Source of the DNA: the human T2T-CHM13v2.0 reference genome, Homo sapiens
NCBI RefSeq assembly: GCF_009914755.1
Contig: NC_060940.1
DNA: 64,000 bases
Direction: 5' to 3' (one strand)
The translations under genes were made by a program, and so were the position numbers. The notes under the pieces were generated by a model. It was not told the DNA's origin. It saw only the letters and a list, made by a program, of their open reading frames with translations, and did no database searches. Shown here piece by piece: positions 1 through 11,532 of this stretch (the first letter of the stretch is position 1; every line of letters begins with the position of its first letter).

Positions 1-1178
1 TAATAATGCCCACTTCATAGGGCCATTGGGAAGATTAAATAAGGTAATGCAAGTAAAGAACTTTCCAGTAAACAGCATTTTGCACTGGTATATAGCAAAT
101 GCATAATAAATATCAGCAGTCATAATTGTTATTACTCCTACTACTATTATACTATTAGGTTGTGGTTACCTCGTAGAGATACTGTGTTGAAAACACATAG
201 AGCTTTTGTGCAAATGGGTTTTGCTGGCAAAGAACAAGGAACCCCAAATTAGCGGTTTGCCCCTTCTCATTAGGTGGGAATTAGCATGTACAGGTGTGAG
301 CACCCATGCATGCATGCACACATTTGCAGACATGTACATACACATATGTGTTATAACTCTGCCTCAGATGGGGGCCTTTTTAATATAGAAACACCAGCAG
401 GATGGGTGAGAAATGGCAATGGTTTTCTCTCTAGAACCTGATTGCTTCACCAAACAATGGTTTGTATTTCCTCCCACATCCCTCCTTCCTAATTGAAGAG
501 GGAATGGCTGAATTTACCTCCTGGCACCTTGCATTTGATGTTCAGTGACTGATCCAGCTAACCAGGGGCCTCGTGGTTGCCCAGGCGTTGCAAGCATCAA
601 ACCCAGATCTTCACTGGGATCTTCCTCCAGTGGCTGGAGTTTATAAATTGTATTCTGTTGAGTTGGAAAACATCCACTGCTCCTGATTGAGAGCTGGAGG
701 ACAGCACTTTGAGGGGTCTGCTGCTATAAATACTGGGATCTCCCAGGTGATGTATAAATGGGTCACTACTTTGCATCTTGCACCACCTGAAACATCTCAG
801 GTGCCTTAATCCCATGTTTTCCAACAGATGAGCTTGGCTGACTTCTCGGGGTGGGTTGGGGGGACATGCCACATGCCTCTGGCCCCACCATCTCATGCCT
901 TTGCCATCCATCTCCTGACTGGCCAGAAGGACACCAGGAGCAGCTCATGAGCTACAAAAACTGAAGGTCGGGAACCCAAGGTCGTGCACCAAAGGTCATG
1001 AGAATTTTGCATTTTATGTTGCTCTCATTTCTGATCATTTGAAACAACCTCTCTGAGTTTCTGAAAGGGAAGGGAATGGAGAAAAGCACACCCAATTATG
1101 CTAGGTTCTGTTTTATTTTGGCTTTTGTTTTTGTTTTTTTTCCCACCCACCACAAGTTCTTTTCTTCCCCTCTCATAG

Positions 1179-1337
1179 TGTGGGCGAAATGCTGAAAACT
1201 TCGACCGATTTTTCACCCGCCATCCACCAGTCCTAACACCTCCCGACCAGGAAGTCATCAGGAATATTGACCAATCAGAATTCGAAGGATTTTCCTTTGT
1301 TAACTCTGAATTTTTAAAACCCGAAGTCAAGAGCTAA
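1179..1337 (+). CDS. PRKCB: Protein kinase C beta, betaII-specific terminal coding exon (V5 domain, 52 aa + stop)
   Basis: A polypyrimidine tract and TAG acceptor end at 1178. The phase-0 frame reads [52 protein letters not shown], with TAA at 1335-1337. It contains the AGC-kinase NFD motif, turn motif (LTPP) and hydrophobic motif (FEGFSF), and matches the PKC-betaII C-terminus as I recall it. It is absent from the ORF track because it has no start codon. Confidence 0.97.
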   Translation, partial: CGRNAENFDRFFTRHPPVLTPPDQEVIRNIDQSEFEGFSFVNSEFLKPEVKS

Positions 1338-1391
1338 GTAGATGTGTAGATCTCCGTCCTTCATTTCTGTCATTCAAGCTCAACGGCTATT

Positions 1392-1400
1392 GTGGTGACA
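1392..1400 (+). promoter_or_regulatory. Candidate 5' splice donor of the betaII exon (GTG|GTGACA, junction 1394/1395)
   Basis: Gives an exon of exactly 216 nt (1179-1394), the size I recall for the included PKC-betaII exon. The donor consensus is weak. Confidence 0.6.
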
Positions 1401-1834
1401 TTTTTATGTTTTTCATTGCCAAGTTGCATCCATGTTTGATTTTCTGATGAGACTAGAGTGACAGTGTTTCAGAACCCAAATGTCCTCAGGTAGTTTGGAG
1501 CATCTCTATGAGATGGGATTATGCAGATGGCCTATGGAAAATGCAGCTGCATAATTAACACATTATCAAAGTCCTCTTACAATTTATTTTCCGCAGCATG
1601 TCAGCTAAGTAGACCCAATGGGGAGAGAAAATGCCTGCTTTCTTTCCCTCTTTTTCTGCACTGCCATATTCACCCCCAACCATCCAATCTGTGGATAATT
1701 GGATGTTAGCGGTACTCTTCCACTTCCGGGCCTGGAGCTTGGCTTGTATCCAAGTGTATGGTTGCTTTGCCTAAGAGGAATCCCTCTATTTCACCTGTTC
1801 TGGAGGCACCAGACCTTGAAAAGAACATGCTCAA

Positions 1835-1840
1835 AATAAA
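1835..1840 (+). terminator. Proximal poly(A) signal AATAAA (short betaII 3'UTR candidate)
   Basis: AATAAA followed by U-rich sequence (tgttatctgttatttttgt). Confidence 0.5.
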
Positions 1841-2504
1841 ATGTTATCTGTTATTTTTGTAAACTCAAAGTTAAGATGATCAAAGTTCTAAAATTCCAAG
1901 AATGTGCTTTTAGACGGTCTCAATCTAAAAGCACTTCAAGGGGTCAAAGGGCAACCAGCTTGGGTGCTACCTCAGTGTTGTAGTTTCTGATACTTTATGT
2001 CTTTGCTCACCCTCATCCCCAAACTACTTGAAAAGGGCATTTGGCACCACTCTCTGAAACAACACAGTCACTCTAGCAAGGCCCCCAAAGGGCCCTGGTT
2101 TTACATTACATTTCAAACTTTATTTGCTTTGGGGTTTTGTTTCTGTTGTTGTTCAAATGCAAAAAAAAGAAAAAAAAAGAAAAAAAAAGGTGACTCACAT
2201 TGTTACACATGCTTTAAAATATGTATTCAAATGTTATTAACCACAATGACGACCTGCTTTGATTTAACCAAGAAGACGGCTGCGGAGCCTAGCAGACTCA
2301 GGCCTGTGGGAATGGGATTTGTTACAAATCTAGGTTTGTTACTGGCTTCAGAAAGCTAATTAAGTGCTCTGAAAAAGACACCGTTTCTTGAAACAAAGAT
2401 GGTTGTATTCCTCACTTTGATGTTGTTTTGCAAGATGTTTGTGGAAATGTTCATTTGTATCTGGATCTCTGTTATGTGCCATTTTTCTTCTAGCATCGAG
2501 ATAC

Positions 2505-2510
2505 AATAAA
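2505..2510 (+). terminator. Poly(A) signal AATAAA running into a genomic A-tract
   Basis: acAATAAA merges with an A-run extending to 2522. Upstream sequence is U-rich and includes a UGUA element. Confidence 0.5.
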
Positions 2511-3602
2511 AAAAAAAAAAAAGAAAAGAAGAAGAAATACTATTTCAAGGAAAACTGCTCTTTTTGAGAAACGTGGACCTAAACTACAAAGTGGGAACTG
2601 AGGAGGGAACTCAGGAGAAAGGAACTAACTGCGGAGCTTTAATCTTGGCCCCAGTGTTCAGCCACTCGGAGGGGCGGGGGCTGTGGCCCATTCAGGGGCT
2701 GCTGGTGGGCTGTAGTGGGGTGGGATGACCTGGCCAGAGCCAACGAGGATACTGGAGCCCAAAGTCAAGTTTAGAGACCAGCTGGGAACGTGAATGGGGC
2801 TCTTGATTTTCTTATCAAAATCACCACTCCTCCCAGCTTGGACTAAATATTCTTTCTAGCAAGCAGCTTTGTGAGCTCCCTGAAGCCCAAGGAAACCCTT
2901 CGGTGGGAGAAATTTCATTTCTGTCTGAGAGGATTAAGGCAGCAGGTGACTCCCCCTCCTCGCCTGCCGTGTCCTGCTATTCTCAGGCAGCTCTAAGGAG
3001 AATTCTTATCACAGTTCAAGTGATTTCCAGAAGTTCCAGGGCTTCTGAGAGACCATCAAGGGAACTTTAACAACTTGACAAATGTCCTTGAAGTAAGATG
3101 CCTCATCTTTAGGGAAAAATGGGGTTTGGATTTCTGCTTAGGCAAAGTCTCCTGCAGTTCATCCTTCTCTGTCCTCTTCTTGCTTCAGGCTTGGGGACCG
3201 TCCCTGCTGTCCCCACTGTGGTGGCAATCAGGACCTAAGGTGAAGCAAACTTGAAGTTCTATCTGACAAGTTTAGGCAGTAAGAGAAGGAGGGAAATCGG
3301 AGCAAAGCTCCCTCACTTTATTGTTGAGAAACTGGCATCTGGAAAGAGGAAGGAATTTGCCCAAAGTCAGTCAGCTGGGATAAAAACCTGGGTGTCCTGT
3401 CCAGAAAGTGCAGGGTGCTTTCTGCTCTGTAGCAAGGCAGCAGACATCTCTGAGCCAGGCCCACCAACAGGCCCTTATCTGGTGGTTGGATCATGATCCC
3501 ATTTTGCTTGGACATGCTCTCAGGAAGATAAAAACCATGGAGAAACACTAGGCCATTGACAAATGATCTGAGACAACTTTAGAAAACAATGTAGGATGAA
3601 TG

Positions 3603-3705
3603 GAAAGAGAAAGAAAGGAAAGAAAGAAGAAAAAGAAAGAAGGAAAGAAAGAAAGAGAAAGGAAGGAAGGAAAGAAGGAAGGAAAAGAAGGAAGGAAGGA
3701 AGGAA
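3603..3705. repeat. (GAAA)n/(GGAA)n polypurine repeat
   Basis: Read directly from the sequence. Confidence 0.9.
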
Positions 3706-6175
3706 TATAGTGTTATAAATACTGCACTCAACATTTTCCAAATTCTTGCCATTATTTTTCAAAAGTTTAATAGTTTGCAGAAATAGATACTCAAGCCAAA
3801 GTCTGTTTTAGAGAAACTTTCCATGGAAAGTCAGAATTTCTACCACTTCCTTTTCTATCCACATTTCCAGTGCAGAAGAAACTGAGAAACAGAGCTTTTT
3901 GAAGAGAGGACAGGGCCATAGCAACAAGGACCTTCTTGGGGGATTAATGGGAGGTCAGTAGAATTAATAACCCTCCTTGGATGAGTGCTACTGTTTTCAC
4001 ATGGCTTCAGATGCTATCAACCTCAAAGAAATGATCTCAACAGAGAAGCTTATTCTCTCCCAACTTCTACGGTAAAATCCAGGAGTATTTTCTCTGGGGA
4101 TCTGCCCACAGGACAAAGTCCATAAAAGCAAGTCCTGTCTGGACCATGTGGTTATCTGAAGCATTAGCCATCACCAGCACAACAAACGGGGCAGGGCTTT
4201 CCAAGGTGGGGCTGGTCAGAAGGGAATCTTTGATAAGAGGCCCACAGGCAGGGAAAGCGAAATAGGGTTGATGAGACCAGGGGAGACCTAAAAAAAAGGC
4301 AGCTTTGTGTCTTCTAGCTCCAAATATACCTGCCTTTTAGCTCACACACTGTCCTGGAGTTCTCAGACCTTTAGGGGCCCTAACACAGTTCAGTTCATAC
4401 AGGGGTTCAAAAGGGACAGTGGCCCATTTGGGAGACCTTTAGGATCAATGGGAATCAATTCCATTGTTTTGCCTCAGAGTAAAGTTTCTGGCTCGGGGAC
4501 AATTATAAGTTGCAAAAAGGATAGAGGCATATCCCAAGTCTTCCTTCATTCCACAAATAATTACAAACAACCTACTGTGTGCCAGGCACTATTCTTAGCA
4601 CTGGAAATACACTAGTGAAGAAGCAGATGAGGACCCTGTTTATTGTTTCTCTCCAAGAAATTCTCCAAGAATATTGTTTCTTGGAGAGAAATAATAAATA
4701 AACAAGACAATTTCTGAAAGCAATAAGTGCAATCAAGATAATTAAAGGATGCTAAAGTGTGACTTGTGGGGATTGGGAGAGAGATGCACAGACAATATTA
4801 AAGAGGAGGCATTCGAGCTTTGTTGTGAACACCGGAAGTAACATGCCGAGCGCCTGGGGGATGGAAACTCCTATAGCACCCCACAGGCTAACAGCAAGCA
4901 GGACAAGACAAAAAGGGCAGGTGGGACATGGTAGAGATGGACCCTACCCAGGAAACAGCTCCATCAGCATCTTAGCCTGCCCCACTCTAGCCACACATAC
5001 CCACGTGTACTCCTGAGTTCAGTGTGCCCACCTCACTCCCACACCCTCACATAGACTTGGCAAGAGTAAGGAGGGAACTCCATAGAGACATTTTACCTAT
5101 CTCAGGGGAGCAGCCACAAAGAAGCAAGTCTTGTAAAAGGTCTTTTGCAAAGGAGAGTGAACCCAGCAATGAGAGATCCTTAACAGCTAGTGCCCATTAG
5201 GGGGCTAAACCTAAAGCCTGGGTGGTGATGGCTCAAACGCTAATGAGTCAGTGAATCCTTACCGACCCCCTGGCCTTTATAATCTGAGGCAACTTTGGCT
5301 GCAGCCCGGGAATGTGCAGGGCACTAGGGAATACAAGGCCTTCTTCCCTGGTTGTCTTGTAATAAAACAGCCATGGGGTTGTCCCTCCAGTCCGAGAGAC
5401 TGTGATGAGGCCTACATAGCAGCGATGTGGTCAGGTAAAAATCAGGAACCCACTGAAATCTTGGGCAAGCCACCCTGCCTGCTTGTGCCTCGGTTCTCTC
5501 ATATGTCATATATAGGAGGTGAGGACTCCAGCTCCACCTGCCCCAGGTGGGTGTGGTGATGATGAGGAAAGACAAGAGGCTTGCAAGGACCCTGAAGAGG
5601 TCGGAGCATCATACAGATTCCTTTATTAGCCCACATTCTGATGTTCCCTGGTGAGACTTGCCCCAAGCAATTGCTAGTAAATGGGGGTTAATTTCTTCTC
5701 CACCTCCCTACTGAACAAAAAAAGAAATGCCAGACTTACTAGGAGAATCGAGTTGCTTTGAGTTTCTTTTGTTTTGTTTTGTTTTGTTTTGTTTTAAGGC
5801 TCCCCTTACACACCCTCCTTTAAGCTTTGGGTTTTCTCTCTTATAGTTTGTTGACACATGCTAAAAATGTCTTTGGAGAGAACTTCTGCCTGATAAACAC
5901 CCAATTCTAGACTGTGGGTGGATTTTCGAGCTGACGGTGGTCAATTCCTTTCATTAAGCAGTGATCTGATTTCTCCACATGGCCATTCTGCCTTCTTGGG
6001 GGCAGAGTAGATGGGCAGCAGTTCACCTTTTCAGAGAAAGAGGTCTTCTAGCCACCTGGGCTGCTACTGAATGGTTTTCTCCAGGACGCTCTACCTAATG
6101 ATTATTTCTATAACATTAAGCATGGTAATAAGTAGCTTCCAATTCAATTCATCCTAAAGCCAAAGAAAATACAGC

Positions 6176-6176
<1 letters not shown>

Positions 6177-6222
<46 letters not shown>
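6177..6222. repeat. (CA)n microsatellite about 260 nt upstream of the betaI acceptor
   Basis: About 22 AC units. Confidence 0.95.
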
Positions 6223-6223
<1 letters not shown>

Positions 6224-6479
6224 ACTTTATGGCAATTCTTAACTGACATTCAATGACTTACTTCTTTTCTTAGAAAATTTCCACCACATTTCTATCCCCA
6301 AGCCAACATACAATGTGAAATGAAAGCCAGTGCGTGGAGTGCAGCTGCTAAAAATTTTCAGCACAGGGCTCTTTCTGACTCTGCTCATGAGATGGTATCA
6401 GCCACCCAATGACTGGCGTATCTTGGTCCTGTGTCTTTCTTCTTACGCTGTGTTAATGTGTTTACTTTCCATTTGGCAG

Positions 6480-6632
6480 AGAGACAAGAGAGACACCTCC
6501 AACTTCGACAAAGAGTTCACCAGACAGCCTGTGGAACTGACCCCCACTGATAAACTCTTCATCATGAACTTGGACCAAAATGAATTTGCTGGCTTCTCTT
6601 ATACTAACCCAGAGTTTGTCATTAATGTGTAG
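6480..6632 (+). CDS. PRKCB: Protein kinase C beta, betaI-specific terminal coding exon (V5 domain, 50 aa + stop)
   Basis: The acceptor tttactttccatttggcAG ends at 6479. The frame reads RDKRDTSNFDKEFTRQPVELTPTDKLFIMNLDQNEFAGFSYTNPEFVINV*, with TAG at 6630-6632. It is the C-terminal half of track ORF 6330..6632 and contains the turn motif LTPT and hydrophobic motif FAGFSY. Confidence 0.97.
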   Translation, partial: RDKRDTSNFDKEFTRQPVELTPTDKLFIMNLDQNEFAGFSYTNPEFVINV

Positions 6633-7106
6633 GTGAATGCAAACTCCATCGTTGAGCCTGGGGTGTAAGACTTCAAGCCAAGCGTATGTATCAATTCTAG
6701 TCTTCCAGGATTCACGGTGCACATGCTGGCATTCAACATGTGGAAAGCTTGTCTTAGAGGGCTTTTCTTTGTATGTGTAGCTTGCTAGTTTGTTTTCTAC
6801 ATTTGAAAATGTTTAGTTTAGAATAAGCGCATTATCCAATTATAGAGGTACAATTTTCCAAACTTCCAGAAACTCATCAAATGAACAGACAATGTCAAAA
6901 CTACTGTGTCTGATACCAAAATGCTTCAGTATTTGTAATTTTTCAAGTCAGAAGCTGATGTTCCTGGTAAAAGTTTTTACAGTTATTCTATAATATCTTC
7001 TTTGAATGCTAAGCATGAGCGATATTTTTAAAAATTGTGAGTAAGCTTTGCAGTTACTGTGAACTATTGTCTCTTGGAGGAAGTTTTTTGTTTAAGAATT
7101 GATATG

Positions 7107-7112
7107 ATTAAA
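7107..7112 (+). terminator. Distal PRKCB poly(A) signal ATTAAA, cleavage near CA at 7128-7129
   Basis: ATTAAA, then CA 16 nt later, then a GU/U-rich downstream element (gctcttgtttatatgtcttttc). Confidence 0.75.
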
Positions 7113-8732
7113 CTGAATTAATATATGCAAGCTCTTGTTTATATGTCTTTTCTTAAATAGACTATGTTACAGAGGTTACAGACTGAAGATCCAGTTTGTA
7201 GCCATTAGATAAGCTTAATTTTACTCACATGGAATTTTACTTAATCAAAACCATTGTGAACATGACAAAATAAGATACTTTATATAAATTCCTGGACTTT
7301 TAGATTCCCTTGAAAAAAGAAACAAAAGACTAGCAGCTCTGAGCCTGTATTTCCACATGGAAATAATTCTACAGAACTGAGAAATGCTTCTCCTTTAAAA
7401 GCAGTGTATGTTCTCATTTTGCCACAGTCTCCACCACCCCCTATTGTCTTATACCCTCCATCCACTTCCCTGGCTGCTATAGCCACTTGAGGTTGAAACC
7501 TCTGTCATTCGTGAGTCACAGGTTTGAGGACCTTAATATTTTCTTGTGCCCCTAATCAGGGTATGTGTGCAGCCACCCACTCAATGTGATTCGTGTTTAT
7601 TAAGCTATGTATCAAGCACAAGATATGTAAGATTTTATTCCAGCCATGACAAAAGTCAGGAAAGAGGCTGGTGTCAGTGCAGAGAGAATCCTTTGTTTGT
7701 TGTCCATGAGGATGTTGCTATTTGTAAAACGACTTACCTTTGACTTATATTCTCCTAATTTAGCTAAGCACCTGCCAAAAAAAGAGGGGGGGGAGTATAA
7801 GCCATTTTTTTTTTCAACCGCTTGTCCAGGGAGGCCCAAGAGAAGAGGGAGAAATAAGGGAGACTGCTTCTAAACCCTGCTGGCATGATAAGGACCCGCA
7901 CTCTCTCAGAGCAGAGTGGCACAGTACTGAGTCACTGGGTGTCAATCTAATACCTTCTTCTCTGAATGAAGTCATGCTTCTATTTTCTTTTCAAAAGATA
8001 TAGTAATCCAATCTGTAGCACATGCCTTTGTAGCTGCTAAGGCTAGTGGGTAGCAGAAAAGAGCAAATGTGTTCACACTATGTACATTATGACTCTCTAC
8101 AGAGTGTATTCATCTCTTCCCTTCTTGAAAGAGCCTCAGTAAATGGAGCATTGGAAAGATACAGTGAATCCATTGATCTTACCTAGTGCACTAATCTTTG
8201 CAGAATTTTAGAAAGTCTGCCAGTTAAAGTTGGCTGAAGCCCATTTAAACTTCAGGAAGAAACAGTGTTCTAGGCATCACATTTAGAAAACAAAAATACC
8301 TGGGATTCTACAGATGTTTGAACATGCATCCCATTTAAGACAGTATTATATAGAAGAGGTTACCATTGCTGCCTCTTATTCCTCCTCATTCCATGCCAGC
8401 TTCTCAAACTTTCCCCCTCTGCCAGATATAAACCCATCTTTCATTTAATAAATATTGAGCCCCGACTCTGAGCCAAGCACAGTTCTGGATACTGGTGTTA
8501 TAGAGACCAATAAGATAGTTCAGGACTCCCCACTTGTAGGGACAACATGGCTGCAGAAATCCTGGCCTCTAATCCTTCTAGGATCATGTCCAGTGAGAAA
8601 GAGTGTGAGCTCCTATAAAAGTATTGTAGTTTATTACAGTTGACTCAGCCTGGTCACATGTACATTCTTGAGCCAAGCACTGTGGGTGGAGAGGGGAGAC
8701 AGGTGAGGTGCTTTAATTGGCCAAACCTGAGT

Positions 8733-9230
8733 TGTATTAGCTAGTTATTACTGTGTAACAAGTTACCCCAAAACTTTAAAGCAATAAACATTTATGACCT
8801 CTCAATGTCTGTGGATCAGGAATCTGGGTATGGCTGAGGTGGTATAAAGTCTGTCATGAGGATGTGGCCAAGCTATTGCCCAGGGTTGCAGTCACATGTG
8901 AAGGTTCCACTGGGGGAAGATGGGATTCACTTCCAAGCTTACTCACATGGTTGTTGGCAACCCCAATTCCTCACTTCATAGGTCCCTCCATAGGGCTGCC
9001 TCTGGACATGGCAGCTGGCTTCTCCTAGGGCACATGATTCAAGTGAGAGTGCCCAGTTTAGAAACCACAGTCTTTTTGCAATCTAATCTCAGAATTGACA
9101 TCCTATCATGTTTCTGTTTTCTGTTCCTTACTAGTAAGTCCAGCCCATGCTTAAGGGCAAGGGATTATGCAAGGTGAGACTACTGGAAAGTGGAGGTCTT
9201 TAAGGACCATCTTACAGAATGTCTATCACA
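8733..9230 (-). mobile_element. MLT1-family (MaLR) LTR relic
   Basis: Starts tgtattagctagttattactgtgtaacaagttacccca, typical of the reverse complement of an MLT1 3' end. Confidence 0.7.
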
Positions 9231-10126
9231 TATAACATGAGCTGCACCTCTGCAGCTAGGGATAGAGTGCCACCCAAAACACAGGAACTGGGAATAGGTG
9301 AAGAACAGCTCTCTGAATGAAAATTGAAAGTTGTTCTTGGAACAAAGAGGATGTATGCCCAGGAAGGAAACCACAGTGGTAGATCCTCTGTAGATGGGAA
9401 TTTGGGGCTACTCCAAAGATTCTTGAAGCTAATGATATATGAGAGATGGGTCAACACTGATAAACAATTAAAGGAGTGGTTCACCTGGCATTGCATTGGT
9501 CCACAGTAGTCTCTATTGTTTCATAGCCAAGCTCACACCCAAGGCAAATACCTGAATTGGACCTTCTGATGAGTTATAGTTCTTTGCCTTCAAGATCTCA
9601 AAACCCACCAAGGAGATGAGTTGGAGGAAACATACACATGGTGTCAGTCTACGTCAATTATCGGGCACTGAGTAACAAACCACATCACAACCTAATGGCT
9701 TAATAAAAACTACCACTTATTTAGCTCACGATACTGGTTTTTCTGGCCTGGCCTCCCCAGTTTGTCTCTGATGGACTTGCTTGTGTATCTTCAGTCAGCT
9801 GGAAGGTTATCTGATGACTGGAGCATCGAAGAAATAAAACAGATGGAAATAAATTGCTGGGAATAGACTGGACTTTCCCACAGTCAGATTCTTCAATCTC
9901 AACATATAAAGGCATGGTACCGAAGTTTAGGCTTGTCAATTGGATGACCACAGCCAACTTAAGAACTTCAAACCCTTGAGGACAAATTTCTCAAATCCTC
10001 AGAGCTTATTCCTGCCATGTTCTTTCTCTAACCTCACATACAAGCTCAGATGCTGGTGAAATCAAGAAGAAATGCAAAGCAAGATAAATAGGAACCAAAT
10101 CTGGGATACCAATCCAGTTCCACTTG

Positions 10127-10455
10127 TCATGTCCTTTGCAAGGACATAGATGGAGCTGGAGGCCATTATCCTCAGCAGACTAACACAGGAACAGAAATAC
10201 CACACATTCTCACTTATAAGTGGGAGCTAAATGATGAGAACACATGGACACATAGAGTGGAACAACACACACTGGAGCCTATCAGGTGGTGGAGGATGGG
10301 AAGAGGGAGAGGGTCAAGCAAAATAACTAATGAGTACTAGGCTTAATACCTGGGTGACTAAATAATCTGTACAACAAATCCCCATGTCACCAGTTTACCT
10401 ATATAACAAACCTGCAGATGTACCCCCTAACCTAAAGTAAAAGTTAAAGAAGCAA
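10127..10455 (+). mobile_element. L1 (old L1PA/L1PB-type) 3' end fragment
   Basis: Contains catgtcctttgca...atggagctggaggccattatcctcagc...ttctcacttataagtgggagctaaatgatgagaacacatggacac and an A-rich end. Confidence 0.85.
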
Positions 10456-10950
10456 AATGAATAAATGCCCTAAAGCCCTGTACCTCAGGTCCTTTATCTT
10501 TGCTTGTTTTGATGTGGGACTGCATTGACCTACACAGAATTCTGCTGCTCATTACTTCCTAGACAAGCAATGTTGGCTCCAAAATGGAATCCCAATTTCC
10601 AAACACAACAAAGTTTTAGCTCTAGGGGACTTGCCCAATAAGTGAACCACACTCCATCAACTATCGACTTTTTACCATAAATGCTAGTCTCCCTGGCATA
10701 TGGCCTGCCAAAATCAGGGCAGATGTCAGGGTGAGATGAAAATGGTATTTGGACAAGAGATGCAAGAACAATTAGTTATGTTGTCAATAAGTGACTCCTC
10801 CTCACAAGATCCAAGAGAGAAATAGATGCATATAGGACAATGCCTAGAAAATGAAAAATTTATTATGATTTGAAGATTTGACTGCATATTCCAATATCCT
10901 AATCCTAAAGTGGTTGGACTCCATAGAGAACTCCTAGATATCATGGGGGT

Positions 10951-11484
10951 TGTATTAGTTATCTGTTAATAAATTACCCCCAAAATTAGCAGCTTAAAAC
11001 AATATACATTTATTATCTGTGCTTTCTGTGAGTCAGGAGTCTGGGTACAGCTTAGCTGGGTCTTCAGAGTTTCACGTAAGCTAAAGTTAAGGTGTTGGCT
11101 GGGGCTGTGGTCTTATCTGAAGTTTCAGCTAGGGAAGAATCTACATCTAAACTCATTTACATGGCCATTGCCAGGATTCAGTTCCTTGTGAGCTGTCGGA
11201 CTGAGGTCTTCAGTTTCTCACTGGCTCTTGGCAGGAGGTTGCCCTCAGTTTGTTACCATGTGGGTCTTGCCAAAGTGGAAGCTTGCTTCATGAAATTATA
11301 CACACTAAGAAGGCAATATAGTGAGAATACCAGTAGTTTGGAAGACCCATTCTTCTGTAACCTAATCATAGAAGTGACATTATATCCTTTTTGCTGTATT
11401 TTATTAATTACAAGCAAGTCATTAGGCCCAGTCCACACTCAAGGGGAAGGAATTACACAAGGATATTATGGTATGAAATATATA

Positions 11485-11532
<48 letters not shown>

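Larger units (their letters stand above)
1338..7129 (+). other. PRKCB: PRKCB 3'UTR region: long betaII 3'UTR, intronic for betaI up to 6479; shared distal 3'UTR 6633-~7129
   Basis: Non-coding sequence with no Alus between the betaII stop and the distal poly(A) signal. It contains AU/U-rich tracts and miRNA seed matches. Confidence 0.8.

Noticed and set aside
1025-1330. 101-aa minus-strand ORF
   Set aside because: It is the antisense shadow of the betaII exon plus its acceptor tract. It starts at a non-ATG codon and has no independent gene signals.
6330-6386. GTG-initiated N-terminus of ORF 6330..6632
   Set aside because: It is intronic/UTR sequence upstream of a clear acceptor. Only the ATG-started portion is kept, as a speculative finding.
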